Of a stretch of DNA of 64,000 nucleotides, positions 13,482 to 24,153 are shown one piece after another; position 1 is the stretch's first letter; each line of letters opens with the position of its first letter. The stretch is from the NCBI GenBank assembly GCA_030390025.1, contig CM059432.1, positions 54,500,001 to 54,564,000 of the forward strand, written 5' to 3'. The position numbers and the translations under genes were made by a program. The notes under the pieces were generated by a model that worked only from the letters and a program-made list of their open reading frames with translations, made no database searches and was not told the DNA's origin. Source of the DNA: Squalus acanthias (taxonomy: Eukaryota).

Positions 13482-13664
13482 GGGATGGATTTTAGTCGTC
13501 ACCGCCTGGGTGGTAATCTGGCGGACGGATCGCATGCCCTTTATAGAACCCGCCTGATTTTCATTCAATTGAAGTCAATAGAATGAGAATCAGATAAATT
13601 CTATCAAGGATGAGCAATCCACTCGCCAAATTACTGCCCAGGCAGAAAGGACTAAAGTCTACCC
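13482..13664. mobile_element. Palindromic Harbinger-type MITE
   Basis: The whole element is an imperfect inverted repeat centred on 'ttcattcaattgaagtcaatagaatga'. A related copy lies at ~14620-14780 and a half copy at 14260-14352. Confidence 0.7.
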
Positions 13665-14351
13665 ACCCCAGGCTATCATACCTGCCTGGTAAAGGACTTT
13701 TGTACAAGGAATTTTTTTTCTAGAAATAAAGAACTCACATCGATACAATACCTTTCACATCGGCAGGACATCCAAAAGTGCTTCACAGGAAACACAGGTT
13801 TAAACTAATGAAAGGCTATTTTTGGATTGATGTCAGGAAATTGTCCTTTACACAAAAAGTGATCAACACAGGGAATGAGCTTCTGGGTCGAGTAGTAGAG
13901 GCAAAAACCCATTGAAGAAACAATTGGATGCGATGATGGGAGAGTGTCTTTTTTTTGTATGGATGTGCTCGGTTGGACTAAAAGAGCCTCCTCATCCATA
14001 TCTATCCTGTGATCTTGTGAAATGAGATGTAAGCCAGTTCTTAGAGTGGAAGCACCTGCATCACAACACTTCCTGAATTTGGTACTGATTAGTAATCTCA
14101 TGCAGAGGGGCTGCAGGTGGTTTGTAAATTGAAAAATGCCACATTCGTCAAGTAGGCTGAGGTTAGGGCTGAGACACATTGTTGAGCATAATAAAAGGAG
14201 CTTTGCTTTGCATCTTGCTGTGCTATTCCTGACCTGGAGGTGCTTGGTTCTAAAACAGAGGGGGGTAATTTTAACCTAACCCGCCGGGTGGAAAACGGGC
14301 GGGTTCGGGTTCAATGCCCATTTTACACCCCACCTGATTTTGCTCTCCATT

Positions 14352-14453
14352 GAAATAAAAACAGAAAATGGTGCAAATGCTCAGCAGGTCAGGCACCATC
14401 TGTGGAGAGAGAAACAGAGTTAACATTTCAGGTCGATGACCTTTCGTCAGAAC
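14352..14453 (-). mobile_element. Penelope-type pLTR fragment with hammerhead core
   Basis: Minus strand reads GTT-CTGACGA-AAGGTCATCGACCT-GAAA-TGTTAAC followed by the family tail. Confidence 0.75.
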
Positions 14454-14979
14454 AAAACAGTGTTCTGTTCCCAAGTATTAGCATCCCTCATCTTGAAAAA
14501 AAATTCAAATGACAGAGGAAAATAATGCTAAAGTTAAAATAAAATTAAATAATATTAAACTAACTCATCTGGATAGAACTAATACTCCTAAAAGGTAGCC
14601 ACATTTTGGACCTGTGGACCTTGGGCAGTAATCTGGCGGAGTGGATTGGCTGCCCATTGTAGAACCCGCCTGGCTTTCATTCCCTTGATTGCATGGAATG
14701 AAAATCTGTCAGGTTCTACAATAGGAATGCAATCTGCTCTGCTGTATTACCACCTAGGTAGTGAGGATGAAAATTCACCTCAAGGGTACTGAAGTCAGCA
14801 AAATCATAAATATTTATCAATCTTAATCTCATACATTTTAGAAAGAAATCACTGAAGATGCAAAATTGTCAATGTCAGTATCAGAATTATCATTATGTTC
14901 ATTGTTTCTTTTAGACAAATTTGAAGAGGATGTTTCATCTTTTGCTTGGACTTTAATATGTGCACAATTTTTTTAAATG

Positions 14980-15384
14980 TATTCATTTTTGGGATGTGGG
15001 CATCGCTGGCAATTATTGCCCATCCCTAGTTGCCCTGAAAAGGTGGTAGGCCTCCTTAAACCAGTTTGATACAAGGACTGACTTGCTATTCAGAGGGCAG
15101 TTAAGAATCAACTACATTGGTGTGGGACTTGAGTCATATATAACCAGACCAGTTAAGGACAGCAGGTTTCCTTCCCTAAAGGACAATAGTGAACCAGTTG
15201 GGTTTTTACAACAATCCAACAGCTTCATGGTCACTTTTTACTGATACCAGCTTTTTATTACCAGATTTTTTTTAAACTAAATTCAAATGATCAAACTACC
15301 ATGGTGGGGTTTGAATTTATGTTCTCTGGATTATTAGTCTAGGGGTCTGGATTGCTAGTCCAGTAATATTACCACTAAGCTATC
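14980..15384 (-). mobile_element. SINE sharing its 3' tail with the LINE 3' end at 55415-55760
   Basis: Tail 'gggatgtgggcatcgctggc...gcccatccctagttgccctg' matches the reverse complement of ~55690-55755. Degenerate tRNA-like head ~15300-15384. Confidence 0.6.
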
Positions 15385-15403
15385 AAACCAAATATAAATA
15401 TAT

Positions 15404-16169
15404 GGCCCAGAAATTAGACTCCCTGGCTTCCCGCGGGTGCAAGGATCCCGCGCGCACCTACCTACCGCGCCTGCCGTTGACCTCTGGGCCCACGGGAACT
15501 TCAGCTCCTGGGCCTGCTCCAAGTGCCGGCGCGCAGTGCTTGTGTATCCCAGGGGCGTAGTTAGTGCAATGCGTCCCCTGGGATCACGTGGGCCATGGAG
15601 AGCCAATGGCAGCAGACCATCTTTCATTCATAGATTTGACAGGAAGACCTGTCAAATCTATGAATTGAAATCGGCCCCAAAACAACACCTAAACTTCAAA
15701 TAATTTTTTTAAAAAAACATTACATTTTTAAAATAACTATAAGTTAAATAAATTAACTACTTTAAACAAAAATTTAAATTTTTGAAATAATTAAAATACT
15801 TTTTAACAGTGCTAAAAGTAAACTTACCTTTCTTTAAAGTATCTAAAAAAGATAAACCTGTTGAAAAATTTTTTAAATTGTAATTAATTAAACCACTTAC
15901 CTTGTTAAAAACGGGCCTTGCGCCTCTTTTTAAAAGCGCAGCTTCTTCCATACTTACCTTCCCGGAGAAACCTGAAAAAAACCCGAAGTTCGCTGCGTGC
16001 ACGCAGCCTCTCCCGCGCACGCGGTTCACCTCTGAATCCCTCCCTTCACGAGACCGGAAGTTCCGGTTTTCCGCGCATGCGCAGTGCATGCAGGAAACCG
16101 GCACTTCAGGTGGCCTTACGGGTGAGTACACAACGCGTACTCACCCGACAACAGCCGAATTTCTGGCCC
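15404..16169. mobile_element. Harbinger-type MITE family A, copy 1
   Basis: TIRs GGCCCAGAAATT / AATTTCTGGCCC, imperfect TSD TAT/AAT. Homologous copies at 18378, 45947, 56612 and 62873. Confidence 0.9.
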
Positions 16170-16477
16170 AATATATATACATACCAGCCCATCATATAAA
16201 TGTATTTTTAACATCTTTAATTGCAATTCCCTATTTCATTCCCAATATAATTTCAATTCAATATAGAAAGTTGTTAGAAGGCTGCCACAGGAACACCTGT
16301 GATGCAACAGACACAACATGGAAACTATCCTTCGAATGAGGTGGCAGACAGTAAGCAAATTCATATTGACAAAGTTTGCTTCACCAATTGCTCAAGAGGG
16401 CTGCCTACCTTCAGTTTGACATACCTACTTCAAAACCTTTCTTTAAATTAACCCTTGATCAAAAGATTAGTGATCTA

Positions 16478-17000
16478 TGCTGGCAAGTGTGTGTGAACAT
16501 CAGGCAAGGAGAGGATTGAACTCCAGCAGTCAAACAGCCTACCAACACTTACTGCCATAGCTCACACATGAACAACGGCCAATTGGGTGAAATACCAGAG
16601 TGCGACCAACACCCACGGAACTGAACAACCCCAGCAAGGAGTCAACTTTCTGGAGAGGAAATGGTTGGGAAAAAATAGATGCTTATCAGTGTAGAACTAG
16701 TATCTACTGGAATTTCATACTTTATTCAAACATTATCCTTTCTTCCTTAATTCATCTATATCTTGTGAGGAACGCATTAATGTTTCCTTAGAGGCATAAA
16801 TAGATAAGGTATATCTTCTCCTATAAGCCTCAGCAGTGTAATGCATTGTATGTATTGGTATTAAGTCACGCAAATTAGAAAAATCCTAAGTTAGCTGATT
16901 CAACTGGGATAGCAATAGGGTTCTACAGTTGGCTTCAGTGTCCATGGACCAGGGAGGGAAAAAATTAGGTGGAGTTCCTATGACTAATTGTTATCTATTA
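16478..17000 (+). mobile_element. Two LF-SINE-like relics (a 3' half at ~16478-16676, a 5' half at ~16825-17000)
   Basis: Motifs 'gttagctgat.tca....gg...agcaataggg..ctacagttggc.tcagtg.cc.tgg...agggagggaaaaa' and 'gctcacacatgaa.aa.ggcca.ttgggtga' recognised from memory of LF-SINE. Confidence 0.55.
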
Positions 17001-17951
17001 TCCAAAGTGGGGCAGGAGGCCCTACAGGCACTCGCTGAGAAGGGAATGGGAGCAGATATCTGTCACTGTCAATGCCAGCAGTGTAGCCCCAAGGACCTAG
17101 ATGCAATGCAGGAAGAAGTTTAATGACCTCACACGAATCGTCAGGTTCAATTAATTCATCTTCAAATGCCATATCCCACCATCTGCATCACTAGCCTCAC
17201 ACAATGCTCAATGCACCACACCCCCATCACTCACCTACCAACAATCTCTATCAAACACGACTCACATCTTACATTCATAGCTTCAGCTTGAGCACAAGCT
17301 TGGAGAGGCTTGAGCACAGACCTTGGAGACAGAGATTGGGTGAATCGCAATCGGAGTGGATTGCAAGTAGAGTGGAAGAATTTGGTGATAGTAGGAATTT
17401 GGTGGAGAGGAGGAAGGCGGTTTCTCACATCCAACTCAAAAGGAGGAGTGAAGCCACAGAACCTGAGGAGTCTAAGTTAAGTATCTAGCTATCTAATATT
17501 TAGATTCTTTGGGGGAAAAATTTGGTTGGTTTGCACCTCCCATTAGCGCCCTAAGAGGGCGCTAATGGGGCGCAAAGCAACTAGCGCCCGGGCGCGGCGA
17601 TGTTTGCACCGCTCCCAAAATTGATTAGAGTTTTTGCGGCGACGCAAAAGTTTACCGCCCCGATCTGCTGCGCCCACAGATCATGACGTCAGTTGAGCGT
17701 GCAACGCCCTGGTGGCCCCCCGGACCGGATACTGAGTGGCGCCCCCCTCCTTTCCGCCTGGCGTAAGCAACGACAGGGAGACTGGAACGTTTCCCAGTCA
17801 GTGAGGGGCTGGGGGGGCGCTATTTAAAGGCGCCCTCTTCCTGGCTTTTTCTGTTGCAGATATTTTTGCACCATTCATTCTGACAGAGAGAGAGATTCTG
17901 AGAGAGAGATAGAGAGACTTCTGCATAGAGTCAACACTGTGTGAAGTAGTT

Positions 17952-18377
17952 TTGGCTACTGAGCATCACTTTGCAGGTACTTTTGGATTTGACCTTTATT
18001 ACTTCGATTGCCAAGAGACTTTGGGGGCTGCACTGATTCGGGGCGTCGTTCTGCGCCTGCAGAATCGGAGGCAAAAAAGACGCAGAGAGAGAGCGGCAAT
18101 CATGGCCAGATGGAGGAGGGCCAACAGGCCTCTGCACAGGAGACCTTACCCTCCCAGGGTATTCCAGGAACAATTCTCCTACATTAATTTGTCTGAAGAG
18201 CAGTGTTTGCGCAGGCTGTGCTTCAGCAAGGAGGTGGTCACTGAGCTCTGCCACCTGCTGCAGCCAGATCTGCAGCCTCAACTGAGGACCAGGACGTCTC
18301 TGTCGGTGGCAGTGAAGTTCCCAGTGGCTCTGAATTTTTATGCCACCAGCTCCTTTCAAGCAGCTACTGGAGACATT
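17952..18377 (+). pseudogene. Harbinger (HARBI1-like) transposase, N-terminal fragment
   Basis: RPYPPRVF..SYINLSEEQCLRRLCFSKEVVTELCHLL..ALNFYATSSFQAATGDI, cut by a MITE at 18378. The catalytic domain is absent. Confidence 0.85.
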
Positions 18378-18968
18378 GGCCCTGAAATTCCGTTCACTAC
18401 GGGTGAGTACACGCTGTGTACTCGCCCGTAGGGCCAACGGAAGTGCCGGTTTCGCGCATGCACTGCGCATGCACTGGAAACCGGAACTTCCGTTCTCTTG
18501 AAGGAAGGGGTTCGGAGGCAGCGCGTACACATCGAACTTCCGTTTTTTTCTCAGTTCATGGAGTGCGGCTAAGTCCCTAGCAGCTGCGCGTGGAAAAAGC
18601 AGGCGCAAGGCCTGCTTTTAACAAAAATGAGAAGTCGCACAACACCAGGTTATAGTCCAACAGTTTTATTTGAAATCACACGCTTTCGGAGCTATCGATC
18701 GCCCCTTCCTCAGGTGAAGTAAAGAGATACAGAATCGCCAAAGCATATATAGATAGAGAACAATGCATGTGTTACTTACAAAAGCAGACGACTACATTTA
18801 AATCACCCTGACTGTTTATCTGCCGAGGTGTGACAAAAGGCAATCAGGTCACATCAAAGACATAGCAAGATACAACTGAGACAATGAGGTGGAGCCACAG
18901 GGGGTCCAATGTGTCAAAAGCCGCAGTATGGGAAACGATAAACTTTAAAATTTTTACTTTTTTACTGG

Positions 18969-19235
18969 TACATCGGCGAGACCATGCAAACACTGAGACA
19001 ACGTATGAACGGACACCGCGCAACAATCACCAGGCAGGAGTGTTCCCTCCCAGTCGGGGAACACTTCAGCAGTCAAGGACATTCAGCCTCGGATCTGCGG
19101 GTAAGCGTTCTCCAAGGCGGACTTAGAAACACACGACAACGCAAAATCATCGAGCAGAAACTGATAGCCAAGTTCCGCACTCATGAGGACGGCCTCAACC
19201 GGGATCTTGGGTTTATGTCACGATACATGACGTGA
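18969..19235 (+). pseudogene. C-terminal GIY-YIG endonuclease fragment of Penelope ORF
   Basis: YIGETMQTLRQRMNGHR...VGEHF..GH...EQKLIAKFRTHEDGLNRD, open to the stop. Confidence 0.9.
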
Positions 19236-19528
19236 TCCAGACTCGAGTCGTCGTTGGCTTGTTAACAGATGTGATTCCCAGTAAAAAAGTAAAAATTTTA
19301 AAGTTTATCGTTTCCCATACTGCGGCTTTTGACACATTGGACCCCCTGTGGCTCCACCTCATTGTCTCAGTTGTATCTTGCTATGTCTTTGATGTGACCT
19401 GATTGCCTTTTGTCACATCTCGGCAGATAAACAGTCAGGGTGATTTAAATGTAGTCGTCTGCTTTTGTAAGTAACACATGCATTGTTCTCTATCTATATA
19501 TGCTTTGGCGATTCTGTATCTCTTTACT

Positions 19529-19570
19529 TCACCTGAGGAAGGGGCGATCGATAGCTCCGAAAGCTTGTGA
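19529..19570 (+). ncRNA. Minimal type I hammerhead ribozyme motif in pLTR
   Basis: TCAC-CTGAGGA-A-GGGGC/gatcgata/GCTCC-GAAA-GCTT-GTGA: core boxes, stems I and II, and palindromic AAGCTT in place of stem III. The inverted copy at 18676-18717 has a core U-to-G change. Confidence 0.85.
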
Positions 19571-20275
19571 TTTCAAATAAAACTGTTGGACTATAACCTG
19601 GTGTTGTGCGACTTCTCATTTTTGTCCACCCCAGTCCAACACCGGCATCTCCGCATTATGCTTTTAACAAGGTAAGAGGTGAAGAAAGTAAAAGTAAAAC
19701 ATTTTTTCCACAGGTTTATCATTTTAAAATACTTTAAAGAAAGGTAAGTTTATTTTTAGCCCCGTTAAAAACATTAATTATTTTTTTCAAAAATTAAAAT
19801 TTTTGTTTAAAGTAGTTAATTTATGTAATTTATAGTTATTTAAAAAATGTGATTTAAAAAAAAAATTATTTGAAGTTTTACTTAGGTTTTGGGGCCGATC
19901 TCTATTCATAGATTTGGCAGGTCTTCCTGTCAAATCTATGAATGAAGATTCTCTGCTCCGATTAGCTCCCCATGGCCCACATGATCCCAGGGGACGGTGC
20001 GAACTAGCTGCGCCCCTGTGATACGCGAGGACTGCACACCGGCAGCAATGATTCCAAAGGCCAAACCTGTACATTTTGAATACAAAAAATTTTTTATTTT
20101 ACAAACTCTGTGTGTGTCATTTCTTCATGACAAACTAATAGAAACAAACACAAAAAATCATTACTTAATATAACTGGTTCTCACAACCTGGAGATAATGT
20201 CCAAAACACTAAACAAAAGTTTAAACACAAACCTCGGCCTTTTATAAAAAAATTCGCAACATTTCATCACACCTC

Positions 20276-23200
20276 CTACTTTTTGCCCTTCGAGGGTGAT
20301 CTCCTTCCCTTGCGCACTTCCCCCCTTCCCACCCTACTGCTCCTCTGTAATGGGACCCCAGTGGCTGCAGCAAGGCTGGTGGAAGGCTGCTGAATGTCAG
20401 AACCTGAGACTACAGATGCCCTTGAAGGATGCCCTTGACCAGCTCTGGGCCTGGAGGGCCCGGCTGCAGACTGCACCAACTCTGCATGGGCGGCAGCAGT
20501 CTGGGCTACAGGCGGTGGCAAGTGCAATGGGGAAGGGACTGTGGTGGCAGCAGGAATGCTGTCATCTTGAGAGAGGACAGCACCTCCCTGCTCGACCGAC
20601 ACACTGGCACTCCCACAGGGTGCTGATGCTCCGGCTTCCTCTCCCTCCTCGCCTGCGGCTTCGCTCCCACTGGCAGCTTGAGAGCCCGTCTCCTCAGCTG
20701 GTGAATCACCATCTGAAAGCAGGGAGGTACAAGAGTGGCTTTAGCGTCAGGACAGTGGGGCAGTAAGGGAGGAAGGAGTGGAGCGATTTAGTAAGTTGGA
20801 TTGAAAGTGTCAAAGGCTGGTGTTGTGAGGGACAAGTGGAATGAGAGAGGAGAGAAACTCCTCCAGAGGAGAGGACTGGAGGACAGCTAACGTAGTACCA
20901 TTATTCAAGAAGGGTAGTAGGGATAAACCAGGGAATTACAGGCCAGTGAGCCTAACATCAGTGGTAGGGAAATTACTGGAAAAAAGTCAGAGGGACAGAA
21001 TTAGTCTCCACTTGGAGAGGCAAGGATTAATCAAGGATCGTCAGCATGGCTTTGTCAGGGGGGAGATCATGTCTAACCAATTTGATTTAATTTTTCGAGG
21101 GGGTGACTAGGTGTGTGGATGAGGGTAGTGCAATTGATGTAGTCTACATGGACTTCAGTAAGGCTTTTGACAAAGTCCCGCATGGGAGACTGGTCAAGAA
21201 GGTAAGAGCCCATGGGATCCAGAGCAATTTGGCACATGTGATCCAAAATTGGCTTAGTGGCAGGAGGCAGAGGGTGATGGTCGAAGGTTGTTTTTGTGAC
21301 TGGAAGCCTGTGTCCAGTGGTGTACCGCAGGGATCGGTGTTGGGTCCTTTGCTGTTTGTAGTGTACAATAATGATTTAGATATGAATGTAGGAGGTATGA
21401 TCAGTAAGTTCGCAGATGACACGAAAATTGGTGGAGTGGTAAATAGCGAGGAGGGAAGCCTCAGACTACAGGACGATATAGACGGGTTGGTTAGATGGGC
21501 AGAACAGTGGCAAATGGAATTTAACCCTGAAAAGTGTGAGGTGATGCATTTTGGGAGGACTAACAAGGCAAGGGAATACACAATGAATGGTAGGATCCTA
21601 GGAAGGAGAGAGGATCAGAGGGACCTTGGTGTGCATGTACATAGATCCCTGAAGGCAGCAGGACAGGTAGATAAGGTGGTTAAAAAGGCATATGGGATAC
21701 TTATATTCTATGCCTTGGCTAATGAAGGCAAGAGCAGGGAGGTTATGATGGAGCTGTACAATACACTAGTTAGGCCACAGCTGAAATACTGTGTTCAGTT
21801 CTGGTCGCCACACTATAGGAAGGATGTGATTGCATTGGAGAGGGTGCAGAGGAGATTCACCAGGATGTTACCTGGGCTGGAGCGCTTCAGCTATGAAGAG
21901 AGACTGGACAGGCTGGGGTTGTTTTCCTTAGAGCAGAGAAGGCTGAGGGGGGACCTGATTGAGGTGTACAAAATTATGAGGGGCATAGATAGGATAGATA
22001 GAAAAGAACTTTCCCCTTAGTAGAGGGGTCAATAACCAGGGGGCATAGTTTCAAGATAAGGAGCAGGAGGTTTAGAGGGGATTTGAGGAAAAACTTTTTC
22101 ACCCAGAGGGTGGTTGGAATCTGGAACTCACTGCCTGAAAGGGTGGTAGAGGCAAGAACCCTCACAACATTCAAGAAGCATTTAGATGAGCACTTGAAAC
22201 GCCATAGCATACAAGGCTACGGACCAAGTGCTGGAAAATGGGATTAGAATAGATAGGGCTTGATGGCCGGCGCGGACACGATGGGCCGAAGGGCCTATTT
22301 CTGTGCTGTATAAATCTATGACTCTAAGGGGGAAAAATTCAGTTGGTTGCGCCTCCCGTTAGCGCCTTAAGAGGGTGCTAATGGGGCGCAACGCATCTAG
22401 CGCCCGGGCGCGGCGATGTTTGCGCCGCTCGCGAAATTAACTAGACAGTTTGCGGCAGCACTAAACACTACCGCCACGATCTCCTGCGCCGGCAGATCGT
22501 GACGTCAGTCGAGTTCGCAGCGCCCCGGTATCGCCCCGGAGCGGATATTGAGTGGCGCCCCCTGCCTTACCGCCTGCCGCTAGCAACGACAGTTTGAGGG
22601 GAGCGTTTTGCAGTCAGGAAGGGACTGGGGGAGCGCTATTTAAAGGCGACCGCTTCCTGCCATTTATTGTTGGTGACATTTTTGAACCACGCATTCTGAG
22701 AGAGAGAGAGAGAGACTTCTGGAGAGATTCAACGGTGTGTGAAGGAGTTTTGGGTACTGAGCAGCACTTTGCAGGTTCATTTTGATTTGCCCTTCCTTGT
22801 ATCGATTTAGAAGAGACTGTGGGGACTGCATTCTGTGCTCTTTGCCTGGAACTCTCCATTGTTCTTTCCAGCAGATTTGATGTGCAGGTCTCTCCAGGCC
22901 GAGATTCAAGGCTGCAATGAGCAGGATGTGGATGGAATGCAAGATCAACCATCCCCTTTAAGAACTGGCCCGTGCCATTGTGTGTGTGTTCCATTGCTGA
23001 CTGACATCACATGAGCTTCGCCAGCGCTCTGAGGTAACGCCTCGCTCCTCAGCCTTTGCGCCTTAAGACAGGTGTGAAGCGCCTGATTTAGCGCTCCAAT
23101 CACCTCCAGGGGCGATAAAAGTCAAGTTTGCAGTCGGTGGCGATAATTATCGCCAGGCGCTAATCTTTGCGCCTGGCCGATAATTGCGCCCCAAATGGGG

Positions 23201-23987
23201 CGATACTGAATTTCTCCCCCTATGACTCTAAAGCTGATGACCTTACCATTGCTGTCCTGAACGGGGTCGACCGCTCCAGGGGTGATGGGACCGATCACCT
23301 GGCTTGCCACAATTCTGTGGACGCGTGCCTCAGGATCGCTGAGGGGTTGCAGCTGAGGCCACCCTCCACCCGTCCGTTGCTGCTGACTCCTGTTATGAGA
23401 TAGCTTGGCCTGCAAGAAAAAGGGCGGCGTCTGAGTAAATATACAGCCATGGTCTTGCCTGATGTGCCTCCCATAGTTGAATAGCCCTTACTGTATGCAA
23501 GGTGTGGAATGTGCATGTGTGTTTCATGAGAGGCCATAGGTGTTGGATGAGTGTTGGGCATTGGGGTTTTAAGACCTTCTGGCCATAGAGTGAGGTTGAA
23601 ATGGAGGGAAAAAAAGCCACTCACCCTGACGACCCGAGTGAGGTCGTTGAACTTTTTGCGGCATTGAGTATGGGTCCTGGGCACCATGCTCCTGGAGGAG
23701 ATGTGCTGAGCCACCTTCCTCCACACTCTTCTGTAGTCGAGCGGCAAAGGCCTCCTGCCACTCTTAGGGTAGAGTATAGATCTTCTGCGCTCCACCGCAC
23801 CAACCAGAGCCTCCAAGGCCCGCTCACTGAAGCGCTGATCTCGTTCTCTCACCCTCTCTATAGGCCTTGGCTGCAAAATGTAGTCACAGGTCTCTCCAGG
23901 CCGAGATTCAAGGCTCCAATGAGCAGGGTGTGGCTGGAGAACAAGATCGACCCTCCCTTTTAAGAACTGGCTGTGTCTGTGTTCCAT
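20276..23987 (-). CDS. Harbinger Myb/SANT-like DNA-binding protein, 3 exons (23987-23625, 23409-23247, 20712-20276), 320 aa, frame apparently intact
   Basis: RFSERALEALV..W..VA..PRTHTQCRKKFNDL Myb/SANT motif, RTGGG in exon 2, basic C-terminus. GT-AG sites have matching phases (0, 1) and no stop occurs in the joined 963 nt. Confidence 0.75.
20862..22327 (+). mobile_element. CR1 LINE, 5'-truncated, in intron 2 of the Myb gene; tail continues at 23221-23230
   Basis: 305-aa RT ORF ([21 protein letters not shown]) and (CTATGACT)n tail. Confidence 0.95.
22328..23220. mobile_element. Internally deleted derivative of the H1 Harbinger family
   Basis: Same TIRs as H1. Left part matches 17511-18010, right part matches 23885-24153 plus 25513-25572. 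TSD TAA/TAT within the CR1 tail. Confidence 0.9.
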
Positions 23988-24153
23988 CGCTAACTGACAT
24001 CACCTGCGCTGCTCCCGCGCTCTGAGTTCGCGCCTCGCTCCTCGGCCTTTGCGCCTTAAGACAGGTGTGCAGCACCTGATTTAGCACTCCAATCACCTCC
24101 AGGGGCGATAAAAACCAAGTTTGCAGTTGGAGGCGATAATTAGCAGCAGGCGC

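Larger units (their letters stand above)
18625..19658 (+). mobile_element. Penelope-like retroelement, 5'-truncated, with inverted pLTR
   Basis: 348-bp inverted arms 18621-18968 / 19278-19625 (2 mismatches seen), 12-bp TSD TGCTTTTAACAA (18613-18624 / 19659-19670), GIY-YIG fragment between the arms. Confidence 0.95.
18378..20047. mobile_element. MITE family A, copy 2 (reverse orientation, far end deleted, split by Penelope)
   Basis: GGCCCTGAAATT terminus after ATT. Colinear with the reverse complement of 15404-16169 on both sides of 18625-19658. Confidence 0.85.

Noticed and set aside
17931..18608. 225-aa minus-strand ORF
   Set aside because: Antisense shadow spanning the MITE/transposase junction.
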